Notes: generated by a model not told the origin, from the sequence alone. Positions 9,562 through 19,590 are shown, counted from the first letter of the stretch. The stretch: DNA of 64,000 nucleotides from an uncultured Bacilli bacterium (GCA_947632085.1 CANRNY010000002.1:14151-78150), one strand, 5' to 3'. Numbers and translations: made by a program.

Positions 9562-11280
9562 ATGAGTCAAGCAATGTACATATTAGCTGGAGTTACCTAT
9601 TATATAATTAGTATAATTGTGATTGTTATAGTTCTTAATCTAATTAATAATAAAGAAAAGAAAAAGTATCAAAATGAAATAACTTCTTTGGAGAGAGATA
9701 AAAATTTAATTATATCTTCTTCAATATTAAGTGAACTTAATAAAGTAGAAGCTTTAATAAATAATGATAAATTACAAGAAGCTTATGAAGAATGGCAGAA
9801 AAGATTTAAGGAGATTAAAGATGTAGAAGTCCCTAAATTAACTGATGCCTTAATTGAAATTGAAGAGTGTTTTAATGAGAAAGATTATAAAACTTTAAAT
9901 GATAAAATAGCTAAAGCTGAATTAGAGATTTTTTATGTAAAAAGTAAAGCTAATGTCTTATTAGAGGAGATTAAAGAGATTACTTTGTCAGAAGAAAGAA
10001 ATAGGGATACAATTACTAAATTAAAAGCTAAGTATCGAGAAATTATTGCTAAATATAATAATAGTAAGAATGATTATAAGGAAGTTTGTGCTCCTTTAGA
10101 ATTACAATTTGAAAATGTTGATAAGTTATTTGCGGCTTTTGAGGTAGCAATGGAAGCTAACCGATATGAAGAAGTTGGTAAAATAGTTAAAGGAATTGAT
10201 GACTTAGTAGGTAATTTAGGTATTGTTATTGATGAAGCGCCAACAATTATTATAATGGGACGTAATTTAATACCTAATAAGATGAAAGATGTTAAAAATA
10301 TTGCTGAAAGAATGACAGCTGAAGGATATAATTTAGATTATTTAAATTTAAATTATAATATTGAAGAAACGGAAAAAAAATTACAAGATATTTTTGCTAA
10401 ATTAAATGTGTTAAATGTTGAAGATTCTATTTTGGAATTAAAGATATTATTAGAATATTTTGATAATGTTTATAATGATTTTGATAAAGAAAAACAAGCA
10501 CGAAAGATCTTTGAAGAATACGTAAGAAAGATATTAGTTAAAGCTAATAAACTAGAAAAAGTTAATAATGGTTTATATAGAAAATTAGATGTTATTAAAT
10601 ATAGTTTTGATTTAACTGATGATGATGTTAAAGTAATAGAAGTTATTAAAAATGAATTAGTGGCAGTAAAAAAAGATTATAATGAGATTGTTGATGCTCA
10701 TCGTAATAAATCATTTTCTTATACAAGATTAGGTAAGGAAATGGAAAATCTTAATATGCGTCTTTCAAAGACTGAAGAGAAATTAGATGTAGCGCTGAAG
10801 AATTTAGGTAATTTAGAAGAGGATGAACAAAGAGCGCATGAACAGTTAGATGAAATTAAAGAGATTTTAACGAAAGCTAAGAAAAGAATTAATAGCTATA
10901 AATTACCAATTATACCTAATGATTATTATGTTCAATTAAGTGAAGCCAATGTTGCAATTAAAGAAATGGTTAAAGAACTTAATATGAAACCTGTTTCAAT
11001 TAAAACACTTAATATAAGAGTTGATACAGCTCGTGATTTAGTACTTAAACTTTATAATACATCATCAGAAGTTGTAAAGACAGCAGCGATGGTAGAAACA
11101 GCAATTGTTTATGGTAATAGATATCGTCCGGTTAATAAAAATTTAGATGTCGAAATGACTAAAGCTGAAGATTTATTCTATCAAGGGGAATTTAAAAAAG
11201 CTTTAGAAAAAACAATTAGAGCAATTGATGCAATTGAACCAGGAATAAAAAATAAGTTATTAGAATCAATAAAAAGATAG
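9562..11280 (+). CDS. ezrA: Septation ring formation regulator EzrA
   Basis: N-terminal TM 'ILAGVTYYIISIIVIVIVLNLI' followed by about 540 aa of coiled-coil repeats. Its position upstream of the cysteine desulfurase/thiI pair matches Bacillus. Confidence 0.85.
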   Translation: MSQAMYILAGVTYYIISIIVIVIVLNLINNKEKKKYQNEITSLERDKNLIISSSILSELNKVEALINNDKLQEAYEEWQKRFKEIKDVEVPKLTDALIEIEECFNEKDYKTLNDKIAKAELEIFYVKSKANVLLEEIKEITLSEERNRDTITKLKAKYREIIAKYNNSKNDYKEVCAPLELQFENVDKLFAAFEVAMEANRYEEVGKIVKGIDDLVGNLGIVIDEAPTIIIMGRNLIPNKMKDVKNIAERMTAEGYNLDYLNLNYNIEETEKKLQDIFAKLNVLNVEDSILELKILLEYFDNVYNDFDKEKQARKIFEEYVRKILVKANKLEKVNNGLYRKLDVIKYSFDLTDDDVKVIEVIKNELVAVKKDYNEIVDAHRNKSFSYTRLGKEMENLNMRLSKTEEKLDVALKNLGNLEEDEQRAHEQLDEIKEILTKAKKRINSYKLPIIPNDYYVQLSEANVAIKEMVKELNMKPVSIKTLNIRVDTARDLVLKLYNTSSEVVKTAAMVETAIVYGNRYRPVNKNLDVEMTKAEDLFYQGEFKKALEKTIRAIDAIEPGIKNKLLESIKR

Positions 11281-11349
11281 ATTGTCTATCTTTTTTCTTC
11301 TCTTGATTTAAAATAGTGATTACTCTATAATGATGATAGGTGATTAGAA

Positions 11350-12486
11350 ATGATTTATTTAGATTACTCAGCAACGACACCAGTTTTAGCAGATGTTCTA
11401 GAAAGTTATAATAAAGCAACAAAAGATTATATGGGCAATGTTAATTCGATTCATGCCTTAGGAGTAAAATCAAAAGTATTATATAATAGTGCAACTAAAC
11501 AAATATGTGATTTGTTTCAAATAAACCAAGATGAGTTAATTTATACTAGTGGAGCGACAGAAAGTAATAATATGGCATTAAAAGGAGTAGCATTAGCTTA
11601 TCAAAATAGAGGAAAACATATAATAGTTTCAAAATTAGAACATCCTTCGATTTATAAGATATGTGAATTTTTAGAAACACAAGGATTTGAAATTGATTAT
11701 GTAGAAAATGATAGTGAAGGTTTAATTGATTTTGATGATTTAAAAAAGAAAATTAGACCAGATACTATTTTAGTTAGTGTATGTGCGGTTAATAGTGAAG
11801 TAGGAATAAGACAACCACTTAAGACGATTAGGATGATTATTAAGAAAGAAAATTCGGAGACATTATTTCATAGTGATATAACACAAGCGGTTGGAAAGGT
11901 GGCAGTTAATTTACATGATGTAGATTTAGCATCAATGAGTGGTCATAAAATATTTGGTCCTAAAGGAATAGGGTTACTATATAAAAATAGTAAAGTAAGA
12001 ATTGTTCCATTAATTCATGGTTCTAGTAAAGTTAGTGATTTAAGAGCGGGAACACCTGTTCTTCCTTTAGTAGTAGCTTTATCAAAAGCGATAAGAATAG
12101 CTTTAAAAGATTTAGAGAAAAAAGAAGAAAAGATTGTTAAGTTAAATGAACGTATATGTGAAAATTTAGGTAAGTATGAGGGAGTTATAATTAATAAAAC
12201 TAAATATTCTATTCCGCATATATTAAATATTAGTTTGACGAATATTAAACCGGAAACATTTATTCATGCTTTAGAAGATGAAGAAATATATGTTAGTACT
12301 AATACAGCTTGTTCATCAGGAGATTTGAGTACTTCAGTTATGGCAATATATAATGATAAGAATAGAGCTACATCAACGATTAGAATTAGTTTAAGTTATG
12401 TAACTACAAATGAAGAAATAAGTAAATTTTTAAATATCTTTAAAAGTAAATACCAAGAACTTAATACTTTAGTTAAATTAAAATAA
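11350..12486 (+). CDS. iscS: Cysteine desulfurase (class V aminotransferase, NifS/IscS-like)
   Basis: PLP-lysine motif 'SGHKIFGPKGIG' and catalytic Cys 'NTACSSG'. Lies next to thiI. Confidence 0.85.
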   Translation: MIYLDYSATTPVLADVLESYNKATKDYMGNVNSIHALGVKSKVLYNSATKQICDLFQINQDELIYTSGATESNNMALKGVALAYQNRGKHIIVSKLEHPSIYKICEFLETQGFEIDYVENDSEGLIDFDDLKKKIRPDTILVSVCAVNSEVGIRQPLKTIRMIIKKENSETLFHSDITQAVGKVAVNLHDVDLASMSGHKIFGPKGIGLLYKNSKVRIVPLIHGSSKVSDLRAGTPVLPLVVALSKAIRIALKDLEKKEEKIVKLNERICENLGKYEGVIINKTKYSIPHILNISLTNIKPETFIHALEDEEIYVSTNTACSSGDLSTSVMAIYNDKNRATSTIRISLSYVTTNEEISKFLNIFKSKYQELNTLVKLK

Positions 12487-12518
12487 AGAATCTAGTCTAG
12501 CGATTCTTTATTTTTTTT
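12485..12518. terminator. Terminator between convergent genes
   Basis: AAAGAATC / GATTCTTT stem, 9-nt loop, T8 run. Overlaps the stop of the minus-strand ORF. Confidence 0.65.
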
Positions 12519-13287
12519 CTAATCTAGATGAAATATCTAATAATGGACTAATTAATGTATCGACAAAATAATCATCTTTATCAGGTACAAATCTATTAAT
12601 TATAATATCTTCTAAGTAAGAAACGATATCTTTGGTTAAATGATATTTCATTTGTAATTCAATAACTTCATCAGCTAATATATTAGGATTAGGATACATA
12701 AAATATTTATTTAGTAATGTACCAATAAGCATAGCTAATAAAAGATATTTATCATTTAACATTAGATTAGTATCACTTACTTCTTTAGGATTACGATTAA
12801 AATATGAAAGATCAAAGAAAGTTTTAGCTTCACCATTACATGTGTATTTGCCTTGATAAAAGGAATGATCGAAATCGATGAAAGTTGGATTACCATTTTC
12901 ATCAATTAAGTAATTACTAAATTTAATATCAAATGGATATAGTTCTTGAGTATGAGCTTTTTGTAAATCAGTTAATAAAATTTTAAACATTTGTAATACT
13001 TCTTGAGGATTCATTTTAGATAAAGCTTCATGTAATGGAGTACTATTTTTGATAAATGGTGAAATTAAGAAATAATAAGTATAGAACTCATCAACACATA
13101 AACGACGATGGGTATTAAAATGTTCTAAATTAAAATCTTTTAACTTTAGTAATGGTTCAACATTGACATCAGTTATATGAACCTTTTTGATAAATATACG
13201 ATCGTTAAGAACGATTAAGTCTTCCATATTTTGAAAATGATAAGCATAATCCCAAGGAATATCTGGCATTATTGGAATATTAGACAT
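12508..13287 (-). CDS. Protein-kinase-like fold protein (APH/CotS-like), function unknown
   Basis: 'LYPFDIKFSNYLIDENGNPTFIDFDHS' reproduces a D-x-K-x-x-N catalytic loop followed by an (I)DFD metal-binding motif. Confidence 0.55.
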   Translation of the reverse strand: MSNIPIMPDIPWDYAYHFQNMEDLIVLNDRIFIKKVHITDVNVEPLLKLKDFNLEHFNTHRRLCVDEFYTYYFLISPFIKNSTPLHEALSKMNPQEVLQMFKILLTDLQKAHTQELYPFDIKFSNYLIDENGNPTFIDFDHSFYQGKYTCNGEAKTFFDLSYFNRNPKEVSDTNLMLNDKYLLLAMLIGTLLNKYFMYPNPNILADEVIELQMKYHLTKDIVSYLEDIIINRFVPDKDDYFVDTLISPLLDISSRLEKK

Positions 13288-13410
13288 ATAAAAACCCCCT
13301 TAATGAGATAGATAATAACATAAAATGTGGTAAAATACTAGATATAAAATATTATTTTATTATTTTAGGAGTTATGTTATACTTTATTTTAGTTTTAGGG
13401 GTGATACTAT

Positions 13411-14604
13411 ATGGAAAAACTAATTATGATTAAATATGGAGAGTTATCAACGAAAAAAGCTAATATTAATTTGTTTTTAAATCAATTAAAAAAGAATGTT
13501 TTATTCGCTTTAAAGGATTTGGATGTTGGAATTAAATTTGATAAAGGAAGAATGTTTATAACTTTAAATCAAGATAATTTTGATGAAGTTAGTGATAAAT
13601 TAAAAAATGTTTTTGGAATTCATGAATATGATGTTGCTTATAAGTTAAAAGAAAAGGATTTTGAAGCAATAGCTAAGGTTATTTTAGATTTAGTTAAGGA
13701 TAAGGAATTTAAAACTTTTAAAGTATTAACTAAAAGAAGTGATAAGAAATATCCAATATCTAGTATGGAATTTAGTCGTAAGATTGGTGGTGTTTTACTT
13801 AAGAATATTGATGATATTAAAGTAGATGTTCATAATCCAGAGTTACTTGTTAATATTGAAATAAGAATTGATGGTGTTTATATATATTTTAATAGTGAAA
13901 GAGGAATTGGTGGTTATCCAGTAGGTGTTTTAGGTAAAGGGTTATTAATGCTTAGTGGAGGAATAGATTCACCAGTAGCAGGTTATTTAGCAATTAAAAG
14001 GGGTGTTAAGTTAGAAGCTTTATATTTTGAAAGTCCACCTCATACTAGTTTAGAAGCCAAAAATAAAGTTTTAGAGTTAGCACGTAAATTAGCTATATAT
14101 AATAATGATATTAAAGTACATATAATTAATTTTACCGAAATACAACAAGCAATATTACAAAATTGTCCTCATGAGTATTTAATTACGATAATGCGTAGAA
14201 TGATGTATCGAATAAGTGAGATTGTAGCAAGAAATAATCGTTGTAAAGTTATAGTTAATGGAGAAAGTATTGGGCAGGTAGCTAGTCAAACATTAACAAG
14301 TATGAATGTTATAAATGAAGTAGTTAAAATACCAGTAATAAGACCAGTAGCTTGTTTTGATAAATTAGAAATAATTGATTTAGCAAAACAGATTGATACT
14401 TATGAAACTAGTATTTTACCATATGAAGATTGTTGTACGATATTTGTTCCTGATCATCCGGTTATTAATCCAGAATTTGATAAAGCTAGAGAGTATGAAA
14501 AACTAATACCTTATGAAGAAATGATATATAAAGCAATTAAGAATCATGAAGTAATTAGAGTAACAGTTAATGAAGAAAAGGAAGAATTTGCTGATTTATT
14601 ATAA
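13411..14604 (+). CDS. thiI: tRNA 4-thiouridine synthase ThiI (no rhodanese domain)
   Basis: N-terminal 'IKYGELSTK' and PP-loop 'LSGGIDSPVAG'. Length of about 400 aa is typical of the Firmicute form. Confidence 0.9.
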   Translation: MEKLIMIKYGELSTKKANINLFLNQLKKNVLFALKDLDVGIKFDKGRMFITLNQDNFDEVSDKLKNVFGIHEYDVAYKLKEKDFEAIAKVILDLVKDKEFKTFKVLTKRSDKKYPISSMEFSRKIGGVLLKNIDDIKVDVHNPELLVNIEIRIDGVYIYFNSERGIGGYPVGVLGKGLLMLSGGIDSPVAGYLAIKRGVKLEALYFESPPHTSLEAKNKVLELARKLAIYNNDIKVHIINFTEIQQAILQNCPHEYLITIMRRMMYRISEIVARNNRCKVIVNGESIGQVASQTLTSMNVINEVVKIPVIRPVACFDKLEIIDLAKQIDTYETSILPYEDCCTIFVPDHPVINPEFDKAREYEKLIPYEEMIYKAIKNHEVIRVTVNEEKEEFADLL

Positions 14605-14658
14605 TGATTTAATGTATAGAACTTAATAAGTAGTTAATAATAGTAATAGGTGATATAA

Positions 14659-14838
14659 ATGCGTAGAAGAAGTTTTGATTACTATTATAAAGCTTGTGAT
14701 TTAGAAAAGATGAGTTCATTAGATAAAAAAAGATATGAATTATTAAATGAATTTGGTTATAATATGGATTCTAATAAAAAAAGAATATGTGATGAAGAAA
14801 TAAAAATTAAAAGACATAAAAATTCGGAAAGTAGATAA
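14659..14838 (+). CDS. Small basic hypothetical protein (59 aa), not in the ORF track
   Basis: ATG 14659 is preceded by TAGGTGA. Translation: MRRRSFDYYYKACDLEKMSSLDKKRYELLNEFGYNMDSNKKRICDEEIKIKRHKNSESR. TAA at 14836-14838, followed by a weak hairpin and T9. Confidence 0.35.
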   Translation: MRRRSFDYYYKACDLEKMSSLDKKRYELLNEFGYNMDSNKKRICDEEIKIKRHKNSESR

Positions 14839-14906
14839 TTTATATTTATAAAAAGATAGATATTCTGTCTTTTTTTTTGTATAATAACTTTGAGGTGGAA
14901 AAAAAT

Positions 14907-16106
14907 ATGAAGTATTTATGTGTAAATGCTGGTAGTTCTTCATTAAAATTTCAATTAATGGAAATGCCAGAAGAAAAAGTTATTATAAGTGGTTATATTG
15001 AAAAAATTGGTTCTCCTGATAGTTTTTGGAATACTAAAGTTAATGGAGAAAAAATTAGAGGCGAAAGATTTGTTCCAGATCATACAGAAGCTGTTAAAGT
15101 TTTAGTAGAAGAATTATTAAAATATAAAGTAGTAGAAAGTATGGATGAAATAAAAGGTATTGGTCATCGTGTATTACATGGTGGAGAAATGTACGATGAT
15201 TCAGTACTAATTACTGATGAAGTAATTAAGAATATTGAGTCTTTAACTAAGTTAGGACCTTTACATATTCCTGGTAATTTAGCTGGTATTAATGCGATGA
15301 AAGAAGCATTACCAGATACACCAATGGTTGCCGTATTTGATACAGCATTTCATCAAACAATGCCTGAATTAAGTTATATCTATCCAGTACCTTATGAATG
15401 GTATGAAAAATATGGAGTTCGTAAATATGGATTCCATGGTACTAGTCATAAATATATTACTGGTCAAATGCAAGAAATGTTAGGTAAAGAAGACGTTAAC
15501 TTAATTATTTGTCATATAGGTAGTGGTAGTAGTATTTGTTGTGTTAAAGATGGTAAGTCTTATGATACAACAATGGGTCTTACTCCACTTGATGGGTTAA
15601 TGATGGGTACAAGAAGTGGTGCTATTGATCCATCTATTATTGAATATGTATGTAAAGAATCAGGTATGGATGTTTCTGAAGTAACTAATATCTTAAATAA
15701 GAAGAGTGGTTTACTTGGTGTAAGTCAAAAATATGCTGATCATCGTGATGTTGAAAAAGGTATGGAAAATGGTGAACATTTATCTGTATTAGCTAATGAC
15801 TTATATATTGAAAGAGTTGTTAATTATATTGCTGAGTATTATGTTAAATTAGATGGTAAAGTAGATGCAATAGTATTTACTGCTGGTTTAGGTGAAAATG
15901 CTCGTGAATTTAGAGAAAATATTTTAAATAAACTAGGTTCTTTAGGAATTAAAGTAGATAAAGAAGCTAATATGGAAATTGCTTCATATTGTGATAAACA
16001 TGAAGGTAAGATTAGTACTGATGATTCTAGTGTAGATGTATATGTTATACCTACTAATGAAGAATTAATGATTATTAAAGATACTTATAATATAGTAAAT
16101 AAATAG
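14907..16106 (+). CDS. ackA: Acetate kinase
   Basis: 'MKYLCVNAGSSSLKF', 'GHRVLHGG', 'FDTAFHQTMP', 'YGFHGTSH'. GAGGTGG RBS at 14892-14898 supports ATG 14907 rather than the track start 14877. Confidence 0.95.
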   Translation: MKYLCVNAGSSSLKFQLMEMPEEKVIISGYIEKIGSPDSFWNTKVNGEKIRGERFVPDHTEAVKVLVEELLKYKVVESMDEIKGIGHRVLHGGEMYDDSVLITDEVIKNIESLTKLGPLHIPGNLAGINAMKEALPDTPMVAVFDTAFHQTMPELSYIYPVPYEWYEKYGVRKYGFHGTSHKYITGQMQEMLGKEDVNLIICHIGSGSSICCVKDGKSYDTTMGLTPLDGLMMGTRSGAIDPSIIEYVCKESGMDVSEVTNILNKKSGLLGVSQKYADHRDVEKGMENGEHLSVLANDLYIERVVNYIAEYYVKLDGKVDAIVFTAGLGENAREFRENILNKLGSLGIKVDKEANMEIASYCDKHEGKISTDDSSVDVYVIPTNEELMIIKDTYNIVNK

Positions 16107-16127
16107 TAGAAAGTGGGATATGGACTA

Positions 16128-17108
16128 ATGATGATGAAAGTAGAGATAAAAAGAATCTTAAAAAAAATAAAACAATATAATACAATCGTTGTTGCTAGGC
16201 ATATTAGTCCAGATCCTGATGCAATAGCTAGTCAAATTGCATTGAGAGATACAATTAAATTAACTTATCCCAAAAAGAATGTCTATGCAGTTGGAACAAT
16301 GGTATCAAAATTTAAGTATTATGGTTATCTAGATAAAATAGATGAAACTACTTTTAAAGATGATGCTTTGCTAATTGCTTTAGATGTACCTAATAAATCA
16401 AGAATAGATGGGGTAGATCAATCGGCATTTAAAGAAATGCTTAAAATAGATCATCATCCTTCAGAAGAAGATTTTGGGGAATGTGATTGGGTAGATGAAA
16501 CATCTTCTAGTACTTGTCAAATGATTATAGAATTTATTTTAGAATCAGGATTAAAATTAGATCGTAAAATAGCGGAGAATTTGTATTTAGGGGTTGTTTC
16601 AGATAGTGATCGTTTTTTAATAAGTTATACGACAGATAAGACTTTTGATTTAGTAGCTAAATTAATTAAAAAAACTCAAATAGATTTTACGAAGTTATAT
16701 CCTTATTTATATGAAAGACCTTATGATGAAATTAAATTTCATGGATATATATCTGAAAATTTAGAAATAACCGAAAATGGTTTTGCGCATTTATATATAA
16801 CGCCAGCAATATTAAAGAAATATAATGTTGATCCAGCAACTCCTTCTAATATGATTAATGATTTTAGTAATATTAAAGATGTTTATGTATGGACTTTTGT
16901 TACATATGATGAAAAGAATGATATATATAAAGTTAATATTAGAAGTAAAGGACCAGTTATTAATGAAACAGCGGCTTTATATGGTGGTGGAGGACATAAA
17001 TATGCTTCTGGAGTTAGAACAAATAAAAAAGAAAATATTGATAAGTTATTAAAGGCATTAGATGAGGATTGTAGGAAATATAAAGAAAGTCTTAAAGATA
17101 ATGTTTAA
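16128..17108 (+). CDS. nrnA: DHH/DHHA1 phosphoesterase, NrnA-like oligoribonuclease/pAp phosphatase
   Basis: Motifs 'ARHISPDPDAIAS', 'KIDHHPS', 'GGGGHKYASG'. Start is ambiguous between GTG 16113 (track) and ATG 16128-16134. Confidence 0.8.
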   Translation: MMMKVEIKRILKKIKQYNTIVVARHISPDPDAIASQIALRDTIKLTYPKKNVYAVGTMVSKFKYYGYLDKIDETTFKDDALLIALDVPNKSRIDGVDQSAFKEMLKIDHHPSEEDFGECDWVDETSSSTCQMIIEFILESGLKLDRKIAENLYLGVVSDSDRFLISYTTDKTFDLVAKLIKKTQIDFTKLYPYLYERPYDEIKFHGYISENLEITENGFAHLYITPAILKKYNVDPATPSNMINDFSNIKDVYVWTFVTYDEKNDIYKVNIRSKGPVINETAALYGGGGHKYASGVRTNKKENIDKLLKALDEDCRKYKESLKDNV

Positions 17109-17110
17109 TA

Positions 17111-17140
17111 AAAGGTACTTAGATACTAAGTGCTTTTTTT
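17111..17140 (+). terminator. Rho-independent terminator
   Basis: AAAGGTACTTAG / CTAAGTGCTTT stem (two G-U pairs), 3-nt loop, T7. Confidence 0.7.
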
Positions 17141-17223
17141 GATTTAAAAGAGTTGAATTCAAGAAATAAATGTGATAAGTTATTGAACGTGGACAAAAAA
17201 ATTTAAAAATATGGGGGTTAATT

Positions 17224-18657
17224 ATGGCTAGAAAAAGTTTTAAGAAGATACTATTAATTATGATGGTATTTATAAGTATTATTTCTTTAAAAGGTTTTAT
17301 ATTTTCTAAAACTATTGTAAAAGAAAATACGATTTATCAAAAGGAATATAAAGATAAGAAGATAGTTAGTGATGAAATAGTTTCTTTATACATATGGGAT
17401 GTGGATGATGTTAATTTATCTAAGTTAAAGGATGAAGTAGAATATTTGAAGATTAATACTTTATATGTTTCTTTACCTGAAGGAAAAGAGCAGGTAGAAA
17501 GATTTAAACTAATAGATAAATTTGCTGAGTTGTATCAATTAGATGTTTTTATTTTAGGTGGTTCTAGTAGTACAAGAGATGCTTTAACAAAGCCAAATAG
17601 TAAGTTTGTTACGGAGTTTATTGATAAAGCTAATAAACTAAATAAAGAATTAGATTATAAAATTAAAGGAATTAGTTTAGATATTGAGTTTTATTTAACT
17701 GATGAGTATAAAAATGGTACGACTGAAAGGCAAAAAGAGCTATTTAAAACATATACAGTAAATAGTAAGAAAGCTTGTGATTATGCTAATAAATTAGGTT
17801 TAGAGTTTAGTATGGCATTACCAGTATTGTTAAATAAATTAGATATAGAAGTATTAGAAGAATTAATGAATTATAATTATGATCATATTGCTTTTATGAA
17901 TTATTATAAAGAAACAATAATGGAAAATATTGATGAGGAAGTGGAAATAGCTAAGAAGCATAATATTAAAATTGTTTCAATTAGTGAATTACAAGATCCA
18001 AGTAAAGGTAGTGTTGGTGAAGATGATACTTTCTTTAATGATGGATTATCTAAGTGTATGGAAACATTAAAAGCTTTAAAAGATAAATATGCTTATGATA
18101 AACTAGGAATTTCTTATCATTATTATGTTCCTTTATTAGATGTTTTAAAAAGAGATACTAATGTGGGAATTCAAAATAAATATGAATTAGAAATAAATAT
18201 ATTTCATGATAAAACAAAAACTAATGTAGATGATATTACTATTAGTGATAAGAATGTTAAGTATATTAAAGATGGCTCTAAGATTATACTTTTTGGATTA
18301 GAGTATGGTAAAGAATATACAGTAACAGTAAAGAAAGATAAATTAATTAGTATTAAAAAGTTTAAGTATGAAAAGGTTTCTAATTTGGGTAAATTAGAAA
18401 AAACTAGTGTCGATATGAAGTTGGTAAAAGATACAAGTAAACCATCAAAAGAAGAAAAGTCAAAGGTAGATAAAACTTCTAATAAAGTTAATAAAGAAAA
18501 GGATAAAGTAGATGTGGAAGAACAGGCACCAAATACGAAAACAGAATTTAATTTCTTAAAAGTTATTGGCATTGGAATTATTGTTTTAGCACTTGCTATT
18601 TTATCAGAGATTGATGATGTAATTATTGCTAAAGATGAATTTATGAAAGGAATGTAA
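17224..18657 (+). CDS. Doubly anchored envelope protein with possible TIM-barrel glycosidase-like domain
   Basis: N-terminal hydrophobic 'ILLIMMVFISIISLKGFIF' and C-terminal TM 'VIGIGIIVLALAILSEI', preceded by a K/E/S-rich stalk. 'IKGISLDIEFY' resembles the GH18-type 'G.D.D.E' strand. Confidence 0.5.
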   Translation: MARKSFKKILLIMMVFISIISLKGFIFSKTIVKENTIYQKEYKDKKIVSDEIVSLYIWDVDDVNLSKLKDEVEYLKINTLYVSLPEGKEQVERFKLIDKFAELYQLDVFILGGSSSTRDALTKPNSKFVTEFIDKANKLNKELDYKIKGISLDIEFYLTDEYKNGTTERQKELFKTYTVNSKKACDYANKLGLEFSMALPVLLNKLDIEVLEELMNYNYDHIAFMNYYKETIMENIDEEVEIAKKHNIKIVSISELQDPSKGSVGEDDTFFNDGLSKCMETLKALKDKYAYDKLGISYHYYVPLLDVLKRDTNVGIQNKYELEINIFHDKTKTNVDDITISDKNVKYIKDGSKIILFGLEYGKEYTVTVKKDKLISIKKFKYEKVSNLGKLEKTSVDMKLVKDTSKPSKEEKSKVDKTSNKVNKEKDKVDVEEQAPNTKTEFNFLKVIGIGIIVLALAILSEIDDVIIAKDEFMKGM

Positions 18658-18737
18658 ATTCATTCTTTTTTTTGTAAAACATTTGTTCTTGTTATACTCA
18701 AATAGATTTGGTATAATAAAGCTTACAAGGTGATACA

Positions 18738-19499
18738 ATGAAAATAGAAAAGTATACGAAATTAAGAGATAATCGTTATGAAGTATTAATAGATGGAATA
18801 AAAGTAAAATTATATGATGATGTAATTATTAAATATGAATTATTAAGAATGAAAGAGATAGATGATGATTTGTTTAACGAAATTACGAAGTATAATGATA
18901 AATTAGATGCTTATTATCGATCTTTAAAGTATATTACAAAGAAGTTACGTACAGAAAAAGAGATAGAGGAATATTTAAAAAAGGATTTTACTAAAAAGAC
19001 GATTGATGAAACGATTAAAAAATTAAAAGAAAATGGTTATTTAAATAAAGAATTATACTTAAAAAGTTATTTGGCAGATCAAGTTAATTTAGGCAATTAT
19101 GGACCTAATAAGATAAAAAATAATTTAATTAAATTAGGATTTAAGGAAGAGGAAATAAAAGATACAATAGAAACAATAGATGAAGATGTTTGGTTAGAAA
19201 AGATAAGAAAAAATGTTAAAAAAATGATTGCTAATAATAAGAGTTTGAGTAGTAATAAATTAAAAGAAAAAATACTATATAATTTAAGTATGATGGGATT
19301 TTATAAATGGATGATAGAAGATATTATTAATGAAAGTGAATTTAAAAAGACTGATGATATCTTAAAGAAAGAATATGAAAAAGCTAAGAGTAAGTTTAGT
19401 AAAAAGTATGATGGATATGAACTAGAAAATAAAATTTTAGGAAGTTTAGTTACTAAAGGATTTTATTATGATGATGTAAAAAAAATAATGAGTAAATAA
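18738..19499 (+). CDS. recX: Recombination regulator RecX
   Basis: Three-repeat helical RecX pattern ('YYRSLKYITKKLRTEKEIEEYLKK', 'NGYLNKELYLKSYL', 'GPNKIKNNLIKLGFKEEEI'). Length 253 aa. Confidence 0.75.
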   Translation: MKIEKYTKLRDNRYEVLIDGIKVKLYDDVIIKYELLRMKEIDDDLFNEITKYNDKLDAYYRSLKYITKKLRTEKEIEEYLKKDFTKKTIDETIKKLKENGYLNKELYLKSYLADQVNLGNYGPNKIKNNLIKLGFKEEEIKDTIETIDEDVWLEKIRKNVKKMIANNKSLSSNKLKEKILYNLSMMGFYKWMIEDIINESEFKKTDDILKKEYEKAKSKFSKKYDGYELENKILGSLVTKGFYYDDVKKIMSK

Positions 19500-19502
19500 A
19501 AA

Positions 19503-19534
19503 GATCTACATAAGGAATAATGTAGGTCATTTTA
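19503..19534 (+). terminator. recX terminator
   Basis: GATCTACA / TGTAGGTC stem (one G-U pair) followed by ATTTTA. Confidence 0.5.
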
Positions 19535-19543
19535 TATTGAAAT

Positions 19544-19578
19544 AAAAAACTACATCAATTTTTATCGATGCAGTTTTA
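19544..19578 (-). terminator. prsA terminator
   Basis: Minus-strand transcript reads AAAACTGCATCGAT...ATTGATGTAGTTTTTT, a stem followed by a T-run. Confidence 0.65.
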
Positions 19579-19590
19579 ATTAATGATATA

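Noticed and set aside
11216-11422. 68-aa minus-strand ORF spanning the ezrA/iscS junction
   Set aside because: It overlaps the ends of two well-supported genes on the opposite strand and has no start signals.
14743-14943. 66-aa minus-strand ORF over the ackA start
   Set aside because: It is antisense to the ackA RBS and start and to the better-supported small + strand ORF. Its F/I/Y-rich composition is typical of noise.
16858-17052. 64-aa off-frame ORF within nrnA
   Set aside because: It is nested inside a confident DHH/DHHA1 gene and has an off-frame low-complexity product.
18204-18572. 122-aa minus-strand ORF inside the 17224-18657 gene
   Set aside because: It is antisense to a purine-rich (K/E-coding) stretch, which yields an S/F/L-rich artefact. 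No RBS.
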